DNA of 32,875 nucleotides from Pelomyxa schiedti (GCA_020536535.1 JAHLWZ010000481.1:1-32875), one strand, 5' to 3'. Positions 1 through 13,000 are shown, numbered from the stretch's first letter. Notes: generated from the sequence alone by a model not told the origin. Made by a program: numbers and translations.

Positions 1-604
1 AGAAGTTTGTCAGTTCATTTGGTTCTTCATCATTGTTGACTTCTGATTTTGTTGCCAAGTGCTTGAGTTCGCCTTACTTTGAGCCACTCTCAAGCAAAGC
101 TGTGAAGTGGGTGATTTGCAAGTTCAACCTGCAGTACACCCACATCAAGTTCCACCAGAATGCACTCTTGCTCAAGTTATTGTGCTCAGGAAAGAACAGG
201 TGTGCAGAGTGGCTTCTTAACCATTTTGACATTCCTCTCACCGATGTACGTGTGTTATTTTCCAAAATCTAGATTCACGCTTTTTCACTCTTAAATATCG
301 ATAGGTTGTGAAGATTGCCAAAAGGTTGACTCAACCTGAAGAGCTGGACGAAATGGGCCACATAGAGCTTGCAGGTTGGAAAGTGCTTCTTAGGAAATAC
401 GCAACTGGCATTGACGCAGCATTGATTCAACATCACCTGATGCCCATTGTTGCACAGTCACCCCACATTGCACTCTTCACAATCCGCGAGTTCGGAATCA
501 CAATGGAACAGGTCCGAGAATACTACAACACACTGCCAGAGGAGAACGCTCTGTTGTCCCAAACAGAACTCAATATTTGGCTTTCAATGCTGGATGTGGA
601 ATAA
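1..604 (+). CDS. C-terminal part of an ankyrin-like helical-repeat family protein (5' truncated by window edge)
   Basis: Open frame from position 3 to 245, phase-0 intron 246-304 (GTACGT...ATAG), then in-frame exon 305-604 (PLTD|VVKIAKRL...). Motifs such as KWVICKFNL and CAEWLLNHFDI resemble degenerate ankyrin-type repeats (inference). Confidence 0.7.
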
Positions 605-647
605 GAATTAAAAAACTAACACCCACGTCATTTTGTTGGCACACCAA

Positions 648-1022
648 AGCACCAAGTAGGACCCTTGTGGCTTTTGATAGTGAATGGGAGCTCTCTCTGT
701 CAGCTGTTGTTGATGATGATGATGTGTGGCACCGGCGGAGGACGGCACGGAATCGCCTCTGTGCTTCACAGGGCCACAAACGGCAAGGTCTACCCGAGAA
801 TATGATGATGATGCACCGTCATCATTGCTGAAGAAGATCCGATGCGCTGTCGTTCATCCTTCAAACACAACAGCAGGCCAACACGCCCTAAGGGGGGCGG
901 ATGCCGTGGTTCGCGTTGTGGGTGTTGCCACCGCTGTCCACCGTGCCTTTGCCAACACTGCACGAAGAAAACCTGACCAGAAATTAGCGTAAGAGACAAC
1001 AACAGCACTTAACTGCGTCGAG
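648..1022. repeat. Rearranged copy of the repeat cassette found at 22.5, 28.7 and 31.5 kb (central segment inverted)
   Basis: 648-756 is the reverse complement of cassette 3' parts (cf. 23175-23850 and 30097-30122). 757-949 matches the cassette middle in forward orientation (cf. 22893-23131). 950-1022 is the reverse complement of cassette 5' part (cf. 22805-22870). Confidence 0.85.
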
Positions 1023-1041
1023 ATGATCAAAATGTTGGTCC

Positions 1042-1113
1042 GTACGTTTAGTTTAAAGGTAGAACAGCCGATTTCCCATAAGGTTGACGGGGGTTCGAAT
1101 CCTCCAGCGTGCG
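1042..1113 (+). tRNA. tRNA-Gly-like gene with defective anticodon stem (probable pseudo-tRNA or atypical tRNA)
   Basis: Acceptor stem GTACGTT/AGCGTGC, D-arm TAGTTTAAAGGTAGAAC, T-arm GGGGG-TTCGAAT-CCTCC, followed by TTTTT at 1118-1122. Anticodon region GCCGATTTCCCATAAGGT pairs poorly; anticodon CCC or TCC. Confidence 0.7.
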
Positions 1114-1169
1114 GATCTTTTTACTTACTTTCAGGAAAGGTCTTTCGTGGGGCGAAGAGGCGGAAGTCG

Positions 1170-2732
1170 ATGTCGTTGGCGTGTGGGGACGATAAGGAGG
1201 AGGAAGTTGTAAGGGGGGCGTTGCATTGGGTCGTAGTTTCGAAGCTCGCCCCGCGCGTTGTCGGTTCCCGCAGCCGTGGTGCCTCCGTCGTTGGCGTCGA
1301 TTCGATGAAGGCCCCGCACCTCGGCTACTTGGCAAAAATGTGTCTGGTGTCAAAGGTACTTGTTGTTGTTTCCCCATTAATTGGGCAGGGGAACGGGGAA
1401 GCGTATTGTTGATTTTATTAACAAGCAAGAATTGTATTCGACAAATGTAGCTGTGGAATAGAGCGTGCAATGTGAACACATTGTGGGAGAACCTCTACAA
1501 TAGGGATTTTGGGCGTTTCCCATTGCCACCAGAGGCATTTCCCTCTTGGGAGGGAAATGGTGGTAGTGATGTCCCTATACAATGGAAGCAACACTACAAA
1601 GAGAGACTTCTTATGACTGTCATTGTACATCTGACAACAAAGATTCCGCAGGATTCTCCTGTGTATGTGCTTTTTTCTTTTTCTGTTCCAGCACATTTTA
1701 GACCTCACGCTCTTGTTAAGCCTTGGCCCTGACTTCTATAAGTACTGGATGTTCTCTAAGAATATATGCCCATTGCATATGGAAGTATTCTGTGGGCTCC
1801 CTCCAAGCCTAAATGTTAGACCACCACCATATGTGTCTATCCACAGAAAAGGGCACAAGGGAATATCCATTTCCTGCTTCTCATTTATATCAGAGCTTAT
1901 ACTTGCGGAAGGGTGCACTTACACTGAAGAAGATTTTATGCAGGTGGGTGCTTAATTCCTGTTTGAACTTCCTATAAATATCTCCTTAGATCGGAACAAA
2001 TTTGGCAAAAATAATTTTTGATGAGGATGAAGACTCTGAGAGGTTGATTCAAAGTGTCATTGCCAACGTATCTGGTACTCTTCTCACGTTAAGTGTTGAG
2101 GTATTTTTAACCCCGGTGTTTTGATTAAACCCATAGCTTAATAGATTCTTGGGAAAGAACCATTTCAAACTCTTCTCATGCAGAAGCGAGAGAAGTTCCA
2201 GACGCATCTCCTTGATTTCCAACTTTGGGAAAATTCTGTTGTTTTATGGTACGCAATGTTCAAGTAAGTATTATACATTTTGTTAATACGGAACCTTAAT
2301 CATTTTAGAAACTTAAGACAATTCAAACAACACTTGAGGAGAACTATTTCCGGAAAAGGAAAACCGATTCCTGTGGCCTGGGATGGAGCTATCAGTCAAA
2401 GACATCTCATGTACCAGATGGCAACTGAAAATTTACAATTGTGCGGAGCGCATCAGACTGCCGAGTACATTCCTTCCCATTTCCGTCTTACCCTGAGCTT
2501 GCACTTCAGAGACGATGCAAATGAAATACTTTCCAGCCCGGACCTACTGAAGCTCGCAAAGTGTACCAAAGGATTAGTCCGATGCACGGTCCTGACACCA
2601 TCCGGATCATCTCTCCAATGGGCTTTTGATCCTCCCCACCATCTGTTAAATTGGGCAATGTATGAACTACTTCCTCCAAACGAAACATTATCCTTACATC
2701 ACCGCAACTGGCAGATACACAAGCGAGAGTGA
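1170..2732 (+). CDS. F-box protein, multi-exon
   Basis: Phase-0 intron 1356-1450 joins HLGYLAKMCLVSK to LWNRACNVNTLWENLYNRDFG, a typical F-box C-terminal half. Intron 1663-1720 joins the next ORF. Further short GT-AG introns link to the final exon ending at 2732. Start ATG 1170 is tentative. Confidence 0.7.
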
Positions 2733-2736
2733 TGAA

Positions 2737-3051
2737 CTAGAAACCAAATACGGCCTCGGTGCCGATACAATTGAGAGGATAGACGATGAAATGGAGGCGT
2801 ATGTACCCAGTCACCACCAAAATCAACGACTGATTAAGTGAAACCAGGTTACTAGCTGCAGAAGACAAATCCTCCGATGATGACTCGGCTGTATTTATTA
2901 TTATTAATATTATATTATATATATCTCCAATGCAACAGCACAAAACAAAACAATTTTTTCGACTAGGCGGAACATTTCCAAAGAGAGATTGAGCGGGATA
3001 TTGCAGCGTACGGTCCTGGCCGTGGTGATGATCACTCTGGCTCGGACTCAT
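2737..3051 (-). CDS. Possible small spliced gene of unknown function
   Basis: 104-aa ORF containing an AT-rich GT...ACAG intron-like segment (about 2891-2963). No recognisable domain. Confidence 0.25.
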   Translation of the reverse strand: MSPSQSDHHHGQDRTLQYPAQSLFGNVPPSRKNCFVLCCCIGDIYNIILIIINTAESSSEDLSSAASNLVSLNQSLILVVTGYIRLHFIVYPLNCIGTEAVFGF

Positions 3052-3162
3052 GACAACTAACTAAACTACCAGTACTTCCTTCCAAGTTGGAATAATACAA
3101 TAATGCCACTGCAAATCATTTGATATTCACAAATAAGTGGTTGTTGCTGGTACGTGTGTATA

Positions 3163-4364
3163 TCAACCTAGCCACCACCACAGGAGGAAGACAATCTGTT
3201 ACGCAGGTCAGTACCCATGTATTTTGTAGGGAGGAAGGCATACACAAGACCCGATAGTGAGGCCGAGGATAACACAGGTTTTCCGCTTGTGCCACCCAAT
3301 ACGGCCAAGGAGGTTGCCGGCCGAGTGTACAACTGCAGTCATCCCGGTTAGTTTGGTTCGGCTACCCATCATTGTGCTTGTCTGTTGCCCCAACATCCGC
3401 TTTGCTTCTTCACCTTCCCTAAGTGCGTGAGGCAGGACATAGAATTATGAGTTTCATACGCCGCTAGCTGTTCGGCAATGGATGAGGAGTTGAATATCGA
3501 TGCCCTCTCCTTAATGAGAAGTTCCATATCAACACTCAGGTCACTGGTCCGCTGCCTATTGCATTTGAGTTTTTGCACATTTCATTTTGTTTTTAATAGA
3601 ATAGTGAAGTTATTTAATACTGCAGTAGAAAAAACCAGGCACGTTTCACTTAAGTGCAATAACTCCAAGCGGTCTGTGGCTGCTTTGACTTTCAACTGTA
3701 CAAATGTAAGTGAAAAGTGAAAAGCGCTTTTCCCTACTTTCACACGGCGAAAGTCAGACTTGAGGTTATTCAATTTATCCTGGTGGTGCTGTTGGATGGT
3801 CAGTGATACGTTCGTATTTAGTCTCAAGCGTTGTGTGAGGTCACTAAGCTAAAGGAGATTAGAAGGAAAGTATAAGTGCGGTAATAAGTACAGTATCCAA
3901 GGCGGACTGAACTTCACTTTCTTGTGAACGAAGCTCCTCTTGTTCTGAAGGAAATTAAGTACAAGCCAGAACTGCAAAGGCATATAATCTCAACGCAAAA
4001 AGTCACGTCAACATACAACGAAAAAATAAATACAAGAACTGCCGGTGGTATTCCACACACCAATCAACTCACCGCGCTTCGCAATTTCAGGGTCAGCTGT
4101 CACAGTGTTCGAAGCCATGGTGAAAAACGCGTCGCCCTTGGCCGCGTACCTTCCCATAATCTCCTCCACCGCCCCCTGCGCCGCGACAATGTCTTTCAGC
4201 GCCACTCCGCCCACGACGCCGCCGCTGCTAGATCCCGCCGTCGTCGCGACCGCTGCGACTCGCGAACCACCGCCAACAACAAACGACGAAGATGCACTGC
4301 TCGCCGACACTCCATTTGCACCGGATGCCGATGTGTTGCTCGCCGGTTGTTGTGACTGGCTCAT
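3163..4364 (-). CDS. GOSR1: Golgi Qb-SNARE, Gos1/GS28 family
   Basis: Spliced exons give ...TIQQHHQDKLNNLKSDFRRVK...MELLIKERASIFNSSSIAEQL...QQTSTMMGSRTKLTGM...LLGRIGWHKRKTCVILGLTIGSC|IVFLLWWWLG*. This matches the Gos1 SNARE motif plus a C-terminal tail anchor. Last intron is GTATGC...TAACAG; stop at 3163-3165. Confidence 0.8.
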
Positions 4365-4479
4365 AACTCAAGAGAGGTTTTCTGTTTGTTTTTTTTTTTT
4401 TTTGAAACGGCAATTTTTTTTTGGATCTGTGAGTCGACTGAGCCACAGAAAAAAAATTGGTTTGTCCAACAACAATGAA

Positions 4480-7200
4480 TGACAGGCAGTCACGGATTGG
4501 GTCTGAGTCACGACAGTGATGGACATTGAGATCTGGCACTACATCTAATTGCCTGAGCCAAAACTGTGATTGGTCCAGATACTCAACAGTGTGCAGACCC
4601 TGAGAGATTGTTGATCTCGACGGGGAAGAAGGTTCTGGCTTGCCGTTCAGATTATGGGAGGTGGTGGATGTCAAGTGAAGTGAGCCCGTTCCCGGTACAG
4701 GTTCCTTTTTCTTGAAGATTTTTTAGAATGTATGTGTTATGTTGAGAAGAGTTGTTTGTTTGGGTTTGTGTTTGTTAGTTGTACCCGATTCATTTAAAGT
4801 GGAGAGTATTTCGCTGCACTCCTCAAGGATATTCCCTGGAAGTCGGCCGCATATGCACTTGGGGTGTTGTATATGATCCGAAAATGAACGCGCTGTATCA
4901 GAGAGGTAAATTATATATGCCGGTGGTATGGAGGAGGTTCGCCTTACGTGTAGAAAAGCAAATATCAACAGCGGTGGCAAGAGACTCTTTCAGCGGTAAA
5001 AAGAAATATGTATCCCAACCTGTTTTTATAAAATCGCAAATTTGTGTGAAGTCCTCACTGAAATCTTGGCAGCTTCGGTGCACTTTCTGAAAGAATTGTT
5101 AAAAGAAGATTTAAAAAAAAACATAAATGCCTTTCTTTTGGAGAGGAAGTGCTTGATGAAGGCTTTTGCATTACAAACGACATGGTCATGATCAGACAGA
5201 TAGTGCCGGAATTTCTTATGTGTTCTGGCGTTCATCAGGGTTGATTGAGCACAAAGGGAAGAAATACTTTTCTAGTTGTGCCGAAATTAAAGTGTCTAAT
5301 TCGCGGTGTAAAATGAACTGAATAGTTTCATGCTGACCCACATCCGTAATGGTGCTAATGAAATCTTTACCTAGACTGAATGGTAATACGATTTCCCTAC
5401 GGTTTATGCATACAAGATAAACATTTATACAAGTCATCTTTTCGTATTGTACAATTTATCAATGCCGGAAGTATTATCCAAACCTATTTAATGTGGGTTC
5501 CCTTGTGTTTTTTTTTTTCTTGGTATTTACTAAATGGGAGCCAGTTGCTCTCATTCCTCTGTGAAAATCTTTGTAGGCTGATTTCCATGAACGGATTGGC
5601 TTATGGAGATAGGAAGCTCCAAATCGCTGATGATATTGGGCTGGAAGCTGATGGTTAGTCTATTTGTTTTGGCAGTGTTGGCTGGCTTACCACACCAAAA
5701 GCTTTCCTTCTTTACAGTGGATATTGCTATAAAATAAAACAATCTCGAGGAACAGGCAAAATTTCTCACACAGCTGAGAGGGATGTAATTTAGCACAAGG
5801 CTGAATATTATTGTAATCGTGGTCTGTGCGTGATTGTGAAGTTCATCTGGCAAATGTCCAGCAGTCTGAGGAACACAAGGACTGCTTTCTTCCGGTTTTG
5901 TGCCTGAAGTACTACTTCTCGATGGTGAAGAAACAGAGCCATCTGAGATAACAACAACTCGAGTGCTACACATTGTTACTATACAACGACTGCACAGACT
6001 ACGTACTTTTGACATGCCACAGATACAATTTTCTTAGTCGATTGAACTAGAGCCGGAATACAATGAGGAGACTCCAGTCTGGCAATGGCACTCCAACACC
6101 CCCAGAAATAAAGGCGTCCAGCGAACGTTACTAAGGAGGATGTATCTTCTCCACAAGCAACTTGACTTGCCCAGTCAGCAGCTCCCACAAAGAACGGAAT
6201 AGTCTAGAAGAATATTACCGTTGATACAAAAAGAGGGGAATGCACTTGGGGTGCATAGGCATCATCAAAGTGACCAAGACCTAGGTGTGTTAAGACTCAC
6301 CAACCAACAGGAAAGCTTGTACCTAGTTGTCCCAAGGAGTTGCCTCCCCAAGAATAAACGCAACCGTCCCTAGTAAAAGGATCACAAAAAAAAAAAGATG
6401 ATGGGAAAAGGGCTAACTGAGTAATTGCAATGGTGTGGGCAGTACCACAGGAAATTGCAGATATACTAACCCCAAAGAGAGCAGTTATCTTTATTCTACA
6501 TTATTTTCTTCATCAGGTACAAGTAACTCACCTCTTGGGGAGTTGAAAATGAAGTCGATGTGGAACCAAGACCCAATTGTCCTTTACCGTTGATCCCCCA
6601 GGAAAACGTCATTTCTGTGTACTGTAAGCTGGTCTTATTTATGTATTAAAAGAGATACTGTCTTGAGATGTGGCTATAATAAACTGCTCCCCACAGGCAA
6701 CTATATCAATGATTTTGTGGGCTAGGAGTAACACAGGTGAGAGGGCAGAGATTCTATTAACTTTGGAGGTTGTAAAGTCCTTGGAAACAAACAGGAATCC
6801 CGAGGAAGTAGTGAATGCCACAGAATCCTGGTTGCACGTCGCTGTGGCAGGTATTGGTGTGGCCGTTCGGTCCAGAGATTGGTTGCTCTGCTAGTGTAAT
6901 GTCACACAAAGGGATAACTATGGCTGTTGTTACATCAGAGAAGTGCCGCACAAATAACGCGGAATTTTGGTAACAAAAGCAAAGAAAAGTTTCTGAAGCA
7001 CATATAGTGAGAAGAGGTGCCGGATTCCATGAGACCTTTGTTAAAATAAAAAAACAGTTTGCTCTTCCAGGAAAATACCACTGAAAGAGAATTACAAGAC
7101 CACTTCAATATCGCTTTACTTGTTGATAAGTATGTTTCTTCACCACGTAGGACAACAGAATCTTGTCATTAAATCAATCAGATAAACTAAATGTAACAAC
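4480..7200 (-). CDS. RCC1-repeat protein, many exons, possible C-terminal RhoGEF (DH)-like helical region
   Basis: RCC1 motifs WGINGKGQLGLG (about 6560-6600), SWGGNSLGQL|GLGH, IIDIVACGEQF and QVACGEDTSSLVTFAGRLYFWG. Both ends are approximate. Confidence 0.7.
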
Positions 7201-7469
7201 AGATAAGATACACAGGTGTATTCTTCGGGATTGATTGTTACATTGATGCAAAACATTTGAGAGGGCCAAGGAATGACAAGCAGCACAGCAGAGGGGAATG
7301 TCTTGGAATTGTGCACCTAATTTGCTGTTATTTTACTCTTTTGATGCGGGAGTGTTCGTACATTCAGTGTTATCTAGTCTGTACTCACCTGCTGAGAAAC
7401 CAGCAGGAACGAGCGATTTCAATACGGGATATGGTAATCTATGTGACTGAGAAGGTGCAGGAAATATGA

Positions 7470-9777
7470 CTACACACACATGGGTAATGGTGGGTCTTTT
7501 GGAGCAGCTGCTTTTACTGCAAGGCTAGCAATTTCGTGCGCATTACTGTAGAAATTGGCGAGATCTTGTTTATTTTGCATAGCAGCAAGGTGCTTGGCAT
7601 AGAGTCGCACTGCTGGGGAAAATCCATAGCGTGAACCCACCCATAATACTGAAACTCTGTCCTTCTGTTGTTTGGCGTTTTCTGGTTTGTGTAGTGTCGC
7701 TAGACAGAATGTCGCAGGCACAAACCCCTTTACTTAGTTACTTGGTGTTTAGGGGTGCGTGTAATTTACACACTGAGCAAAAGGCCTTGTGCCACCAAGA
7801 AATAGCTTCTTGTTCACAGGGAGCAGTTCCATAGCCCACCTTATCTGTGGGAAAGGATTAAATAGAACAAAAAGAGGTAATAGCATACAGCACACTCCGA
7901 GATTATACTGGGCTTCCATTGATCCCTTGTTTGCTGCCCTGTGAAACCACAAGAAAGCCCTTTTGAGATCAGATGTTGTTCCTATCAAAGAATGAGTGCC
8001 CTAAAGGTTGTGTTTGGAGACACCTTGGCCAGTTACATAACTCCATGCCAATTTGATTTGTGCATCCACATTACCAGCGTTTGCAGCCTCTGTATAGTGT
8101 GCCATAGCCTCGGCTGGGTTCTACAAAGTTAGTATGAGAATAAGAGAACGCACATACTTGAGCAAGTGCCAAATCTCCCAACTTTAACTGTGATTCAGGG
8201 TGCCCGGCATTAGCTGCTCGGGTGTATAGGTCTAAAGCACACTTCGAGCACTGGCGCAGGCCAGCTGTCCCGGTGTCATACAGAAGCCCCAGTGCAAAGT
8301 AGGCTGGGGGGTACCGCTGTACATAACTGTGATGAAGCCATACAAATTTAGGGTCAGTGTTCAGTGGCATTCCTAAGTTGGAATGTGTACAAATATGCCC
8401 TCCCGAGAATGGCTGAATTGGAGGGGGGCGTGGAATGTGTGGAAATGTCAATGTAGCTAGGTAATATTGGGCTGAAGCATTTCCCTTGTTAGCACTGTTT
8501 TCGAGATAAGCAAGGGAATTGGGAATATCAACAGCAATCCCATCAGCACCAACATATAAGAGCCATCTACAGAGAAAATTAAGAACAAAATGGGGGAAAC
8601 AGGATAACCCTAAGGTAACTTCAGCATGACTACTGCCTTGTGCTGCTGCCTCTCTTAACAGTATACTGCATTCAATCATTTCATAAGCCGGTTTACTTGT
8701 AGGATTGCTGGAGCCTCCCCCATTATTATTGGCAGTGGTATTGCCAAATGGGGTAGCAATTGCAGGATACAATGTTGTAGATGTGGCGGAATGCAACGGG
8801 AGAGACAGAAGCTGTAGGTAGTGACCCCTGATGAGAAAGTACAGAGCAGAACCTCTTCCAATAGCAGTTTTAAACAGCACCCAGAAAGAAAAAGGTGGGT
8901 CTGGTAAGGACTGAGAGTCACATAGTTGCTGTATGGATTTTAAATAAAATATTTTGAAGTAGTAAAAATACCTCTTCAAGTAACATCAACGCTCGTTGGC
9001 GGTTTATCCACATCCTGGTTTCTGTATAGGCGCAGTACAATGAAACTATTGCAGGTAGAAATCTTCGTGTATTCTCTTGCACTATTGCCTTGTCTGGAAC
9101 AGACTTTGGCAGTGGTTCGTGATCAACTGAATCACGGTCTCGAAAAAAGCTAGTACTTGATGCCAAGGCGGGGGATGTTGGTTGGTTCCCGATCAATCCT
9201 TTGGAGGGTTGGAATTCTGATGGAACACGTCCAGCACTTGACCTGAGAGTGGGACCTTGAGTCAGATTGGTTGCGTAAGTAGTGGAAGTCAGATTCAAGC
9301 TATCAGTGCTTCTGCTTCTAAGTGTTGATGCGAGTGCTTGGGGAGGTGAAAATTGCAAGACGTTCTCCAACTCAGAAATTGCCTGGCTTACTTTTCCAAG
9401 TGCCCACATGCACACAGCCCTTGCAGTTGACACCCATGTGAGAGGATAAGGCGTTTCCTTGTGCACGGTGTTTGTAAAAAGGAATTGAAAGAAAAGACAC
9501 TCACGGTGTTTGGTAAGAGTGTATATCCCCAGTAACAACGCACTGAACCTCCACCACTCGCTTCAATACAAGAGATATTGTCTGTTGATCTGTCTGCTCC
9601 GTGCTCCCATTGTAGAATACCAGGAGGGTATTTGTCATCACCGAGGAAAAACTTGTACCTGCAACAACAAAACAGTGCATTCAAAATGGGTTCAAGATTC
9701 AGGCTCACAAACTTGAAGTGCTCAGTTTTCTTCAGTAAGACAGTTGTAACCCAATCATGTCCCTGAAACCACATCAT
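7470..9777 (-). CDS. SEL1 (TPR-like) repeat protein, multi-exon
   Basis: SEL1 repeats: YLENSANKGNASAQYYLA, LYTRAANAGHPESQLKLG, WFHRAANKGSMEAQYNLG, PPAYFALGLLYDTG. Short introns include a 44-nt GTATGC...CACAG near 7846-7890. Start ATG 9777 is tentative. Confidence 0.8.
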
Positions 9778-10020
9778 CCTTCTTGCCCTAGTCACGCTCC
9801 ATTCACCAACCTTTCAAGTTTCAGTGCGTTGCCAAAAAATTCAGTACATAGAGAGTATTATAACTCAATAGCTATTGAACCTAACGCACCACAGAGTGTG
9901 AGCCACACATATAAATCACTGTGAAGGAACGTCAGACGTCAGAAAAAGGAAATTCAATAAACTTTTATTGTCCAAATTACAAAGTATCAATACAAAATAA
10001 AAATTTAAAAAAAAAAAAAA

Positions 10021-13000
10021 TTAATGTTCACCTTGACCGGGAAAAGCTTTATAATTGACAACGAACGTTATCACCATCGGCACCGTGTCATCAAAACCAA
10101 TTGACCCACGTGCCTCATTTTCACACGTCCCTCTCCTCGGGGCATTGCCGGTCCCATAATCCCCTCCGCCGCACCCGGTGCCAACCCAAACTTGTTGTTG
10201 CGCCGCGGCGACTACGTCCCTCCCTCCCAATCTCCCGCGTTCTATTTCCGACAACAACGACGATGAGGACGCCGACGGTGCCGATTGGCGTATCATCACC
10301 TTCGTTGCAAATTAAAACTTTATTTTTTGCTTGTTCTTTTCCCGAAACGACAACCAAGTACGGTGCCGCATAAAAACCGAGAAACCGAAGCCCCCGGGGG
10401 ATTCCGGTTGGATTCCAACCGTTGCTTTTTTATTTTTATTCACTTACTTGTTGTAAACACACTCACGGCTGGGAGTCCTGACCAAGGCTCATTATCAAAT
10501 CATACAGGAACTCAGTCCTCCTTGGTCCTCCACCAGAACCTCCTCCTTGTTGCTGTGGTTGTGGAGGCCTCCTGGTACTACTTATGGTCATATACTTGAG
10601 TGCTCTCCATGGAATCCCCCCGCATGATGATGAACCATTCCCGGTACTGTGGACTGTTGAAGGTGATGTTGATGGTGTTGTGGTGGCGGTGGTGTGGCAG
10701 TCGCAGCGGGATGTGGTGTGGGCAATGAGGGAGGCCCAGTATTGCGGGTACATCGACGCGAAGTTCATCAGGTACTGTGACAGCCGCTGCTTGACTTGTG
10801 ATAGCATGTAATTGCATACCCTGGTGACACACTGGCTGTTCTCGTCGCTGAGCATTGACACCGGCAGTTGCGGGGGGTCCGCGGCCTCACCGGCTGGTTC
10901 GCGGTGGTTGCTGGAACGGCTACCGGTACTGCCGGGCGGCTCGGGCTCCGTTGTACGGCTGCTGCGGGCACCGGCACCGAGTGCATTGCAGCAGGCGGCA
11001 GCTGTGCATGCGAGAAGGGCCGCGCTGGCGTGGTTCTCTCCGAGGGTCTCTAGGCAGAGGGAGAGGAGAAGCTTGGGAGTGCCGTAGTAGTGCCTCAGGA
11101 GCCGCTGGAAGTCGTGCGACAGCTCGGTGTTGCCGAGCTGCATGCCGGTTTCAATTATCTTGAAAGGGATCCAGTTGGGAATTCCTGTGGGGCCGGGTAA
11201 GTGTGGCGCACTGCAGAGTGTTTAGGAAGCACACCGGCATCTTTGGCAACCAAGTACAGAATAAGCGGAAGAAGCTGGCCTCCTGTTATAAGCACCACTT
11301 CGGTCCCAGGGGGCTCGGTGTCAATGAAATGAAGGAATTTAACCAACTGGACCCTGTCAGGCTGCTCGAAGGAGAACAAAGCACTTTCTATGTTATCGAG
11401 AAGGAGGAATTTGCCACTCCCGAGAAGGTTCAGGCACATCTCAGAGCGTACTTCAAGTTGATTACTACTTTCTAGGGGAATAATTATTCTAGAGTTCCGG
11501 TCAAGAAAGGGATACTAACCTGAATCAGGAGTGTACTTGTACCGCTTATGTGGGTGTATCCACAAATTGATGGAATCATCCAGGAAACTCATAAATTCAT
11601 CAAAAGACGCGACACCGCGCCTAAGGAGATTTTTTGTGGAGGAAAAATAGAAGATAAAGAACTCACTGAGAGAAATCCAAGTGCAGTACATCTGAAAATT
11701 CTTCTTTCCCCTTCAGGGGTGTAAGAATATGGGGCAAAACACATTTAGCCAAAGTAGTGCGACCACTCATTGGTGGTCCAATTACAGCGACAATGCCCTC
11801 CAAGTCCGTTGAATGCGCGGTTCCGCAACTGCGAGTAGGAGGGTGCCGCCAATAATTTGTCACCTTAGCAATACTATCTAATCCCACAAACGGAGCGGCA
11901 GCAGGGAGATAGTTTGATTTGGAGGGAGAATCGCCTCGTGTTTTGTGGGTAGTATGATTTGTATGTGGATGGGATGACTTATGTGAATTGCATGGTACAA
12001 GACAGCAATTTCCGGAATTCTTCAGTTGAATGTGGGCAACAGTAGATAATGGAAAAAGTGGTTCTGTGGGTTCTATAAAAACAGATTACTCCATTTTTCC
12101 CGGAGCGACAAGGACTTACGTATTGTGCGGCAGCAGCGAGCGTATACTTTCATCATTTTACAGAATCCCTCCCCATTATCTCCAAAAAACCAGTGCACCT
12201 TCACAAAGTGAGAACTCCAATTTGCCTCCAAGGCAAGCAACCTCCGAGCAAAAATTACGCAAAGAATACCAGCTGAACGAGTACTCATGTGAGAATATAT
12301 TACGCATGAGCCTTATCATTGATATCCAGGAGATATTATCTACAGAAAGTCGTTCTTGACCGGGATTGGCACGATGGGTCTATGTACAAAATAAGAAAGG
12401 GTGTAAAATTCTAACATGGGTCTAAGTACACACTTTCAAGAACATTACAAATGCTTCCCAGCGGGTTTTCATTGGAGAAGTGAATAATTTCTTCATTTCT
12501 TCTTCAAACACCGCATCAACTACACTGTTATTTGCTCTCGCTGGAATGAGAGCTATAAAGGATAAAATAGTATTCCACACACCCTGAAATGCGTAAGATA
12601 TTTTCGAGAAATTGAGGGGAAGAAATAAATATTATGAGCTACATTTATAGTGTTATAGGTTCGCAGGCCTTAGCGCGAAAAAAAATTTGGAAGAAGGGAT
12701 AGCACGCACATAAAAATGCATTTTTCAGGATACACTAACACATGCCTTTGAAAAACTGCATGATATAGGAAACTGCGTACATTTGGGATGTATTGCCCCT
12801 TTGGCATACTGGTCATCTTCAGTATAGTACAAATTAACTACTGTGCTTCTAGCTGTTGTTTTCCCAATTTCGTTAGTTCATTTTTATTTCAACAAACGAA
12901 CACAAACTACAAATTTCATCACAGAAGTGTTTACAGTACCTGGAACAATTACTAAGTGGTAATACGACTTTAAGACATCTGATAATGTATCCCAGGATCG

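Noticed and set aside
1067-1088. Initiator tRNA-Met reading (CCCATAA loop)
   Set aside because: The flanking stem does not pair, the three G-C pairs are absent, and the T-loop is TTCG rather than initiator-type.
1023-1412. 129-aa ORF as an intact gene
   Set aside because: Its first part runs through the tRNA-like gene and its end reads into the F-box intron; only 1170-1355 is a plausible exon.
9929-9942. Tandem ACGTCA (CRE-like) site upstream of the SEL1 gene
   Set aside because: Short motif expected by chance, with no comparative support.
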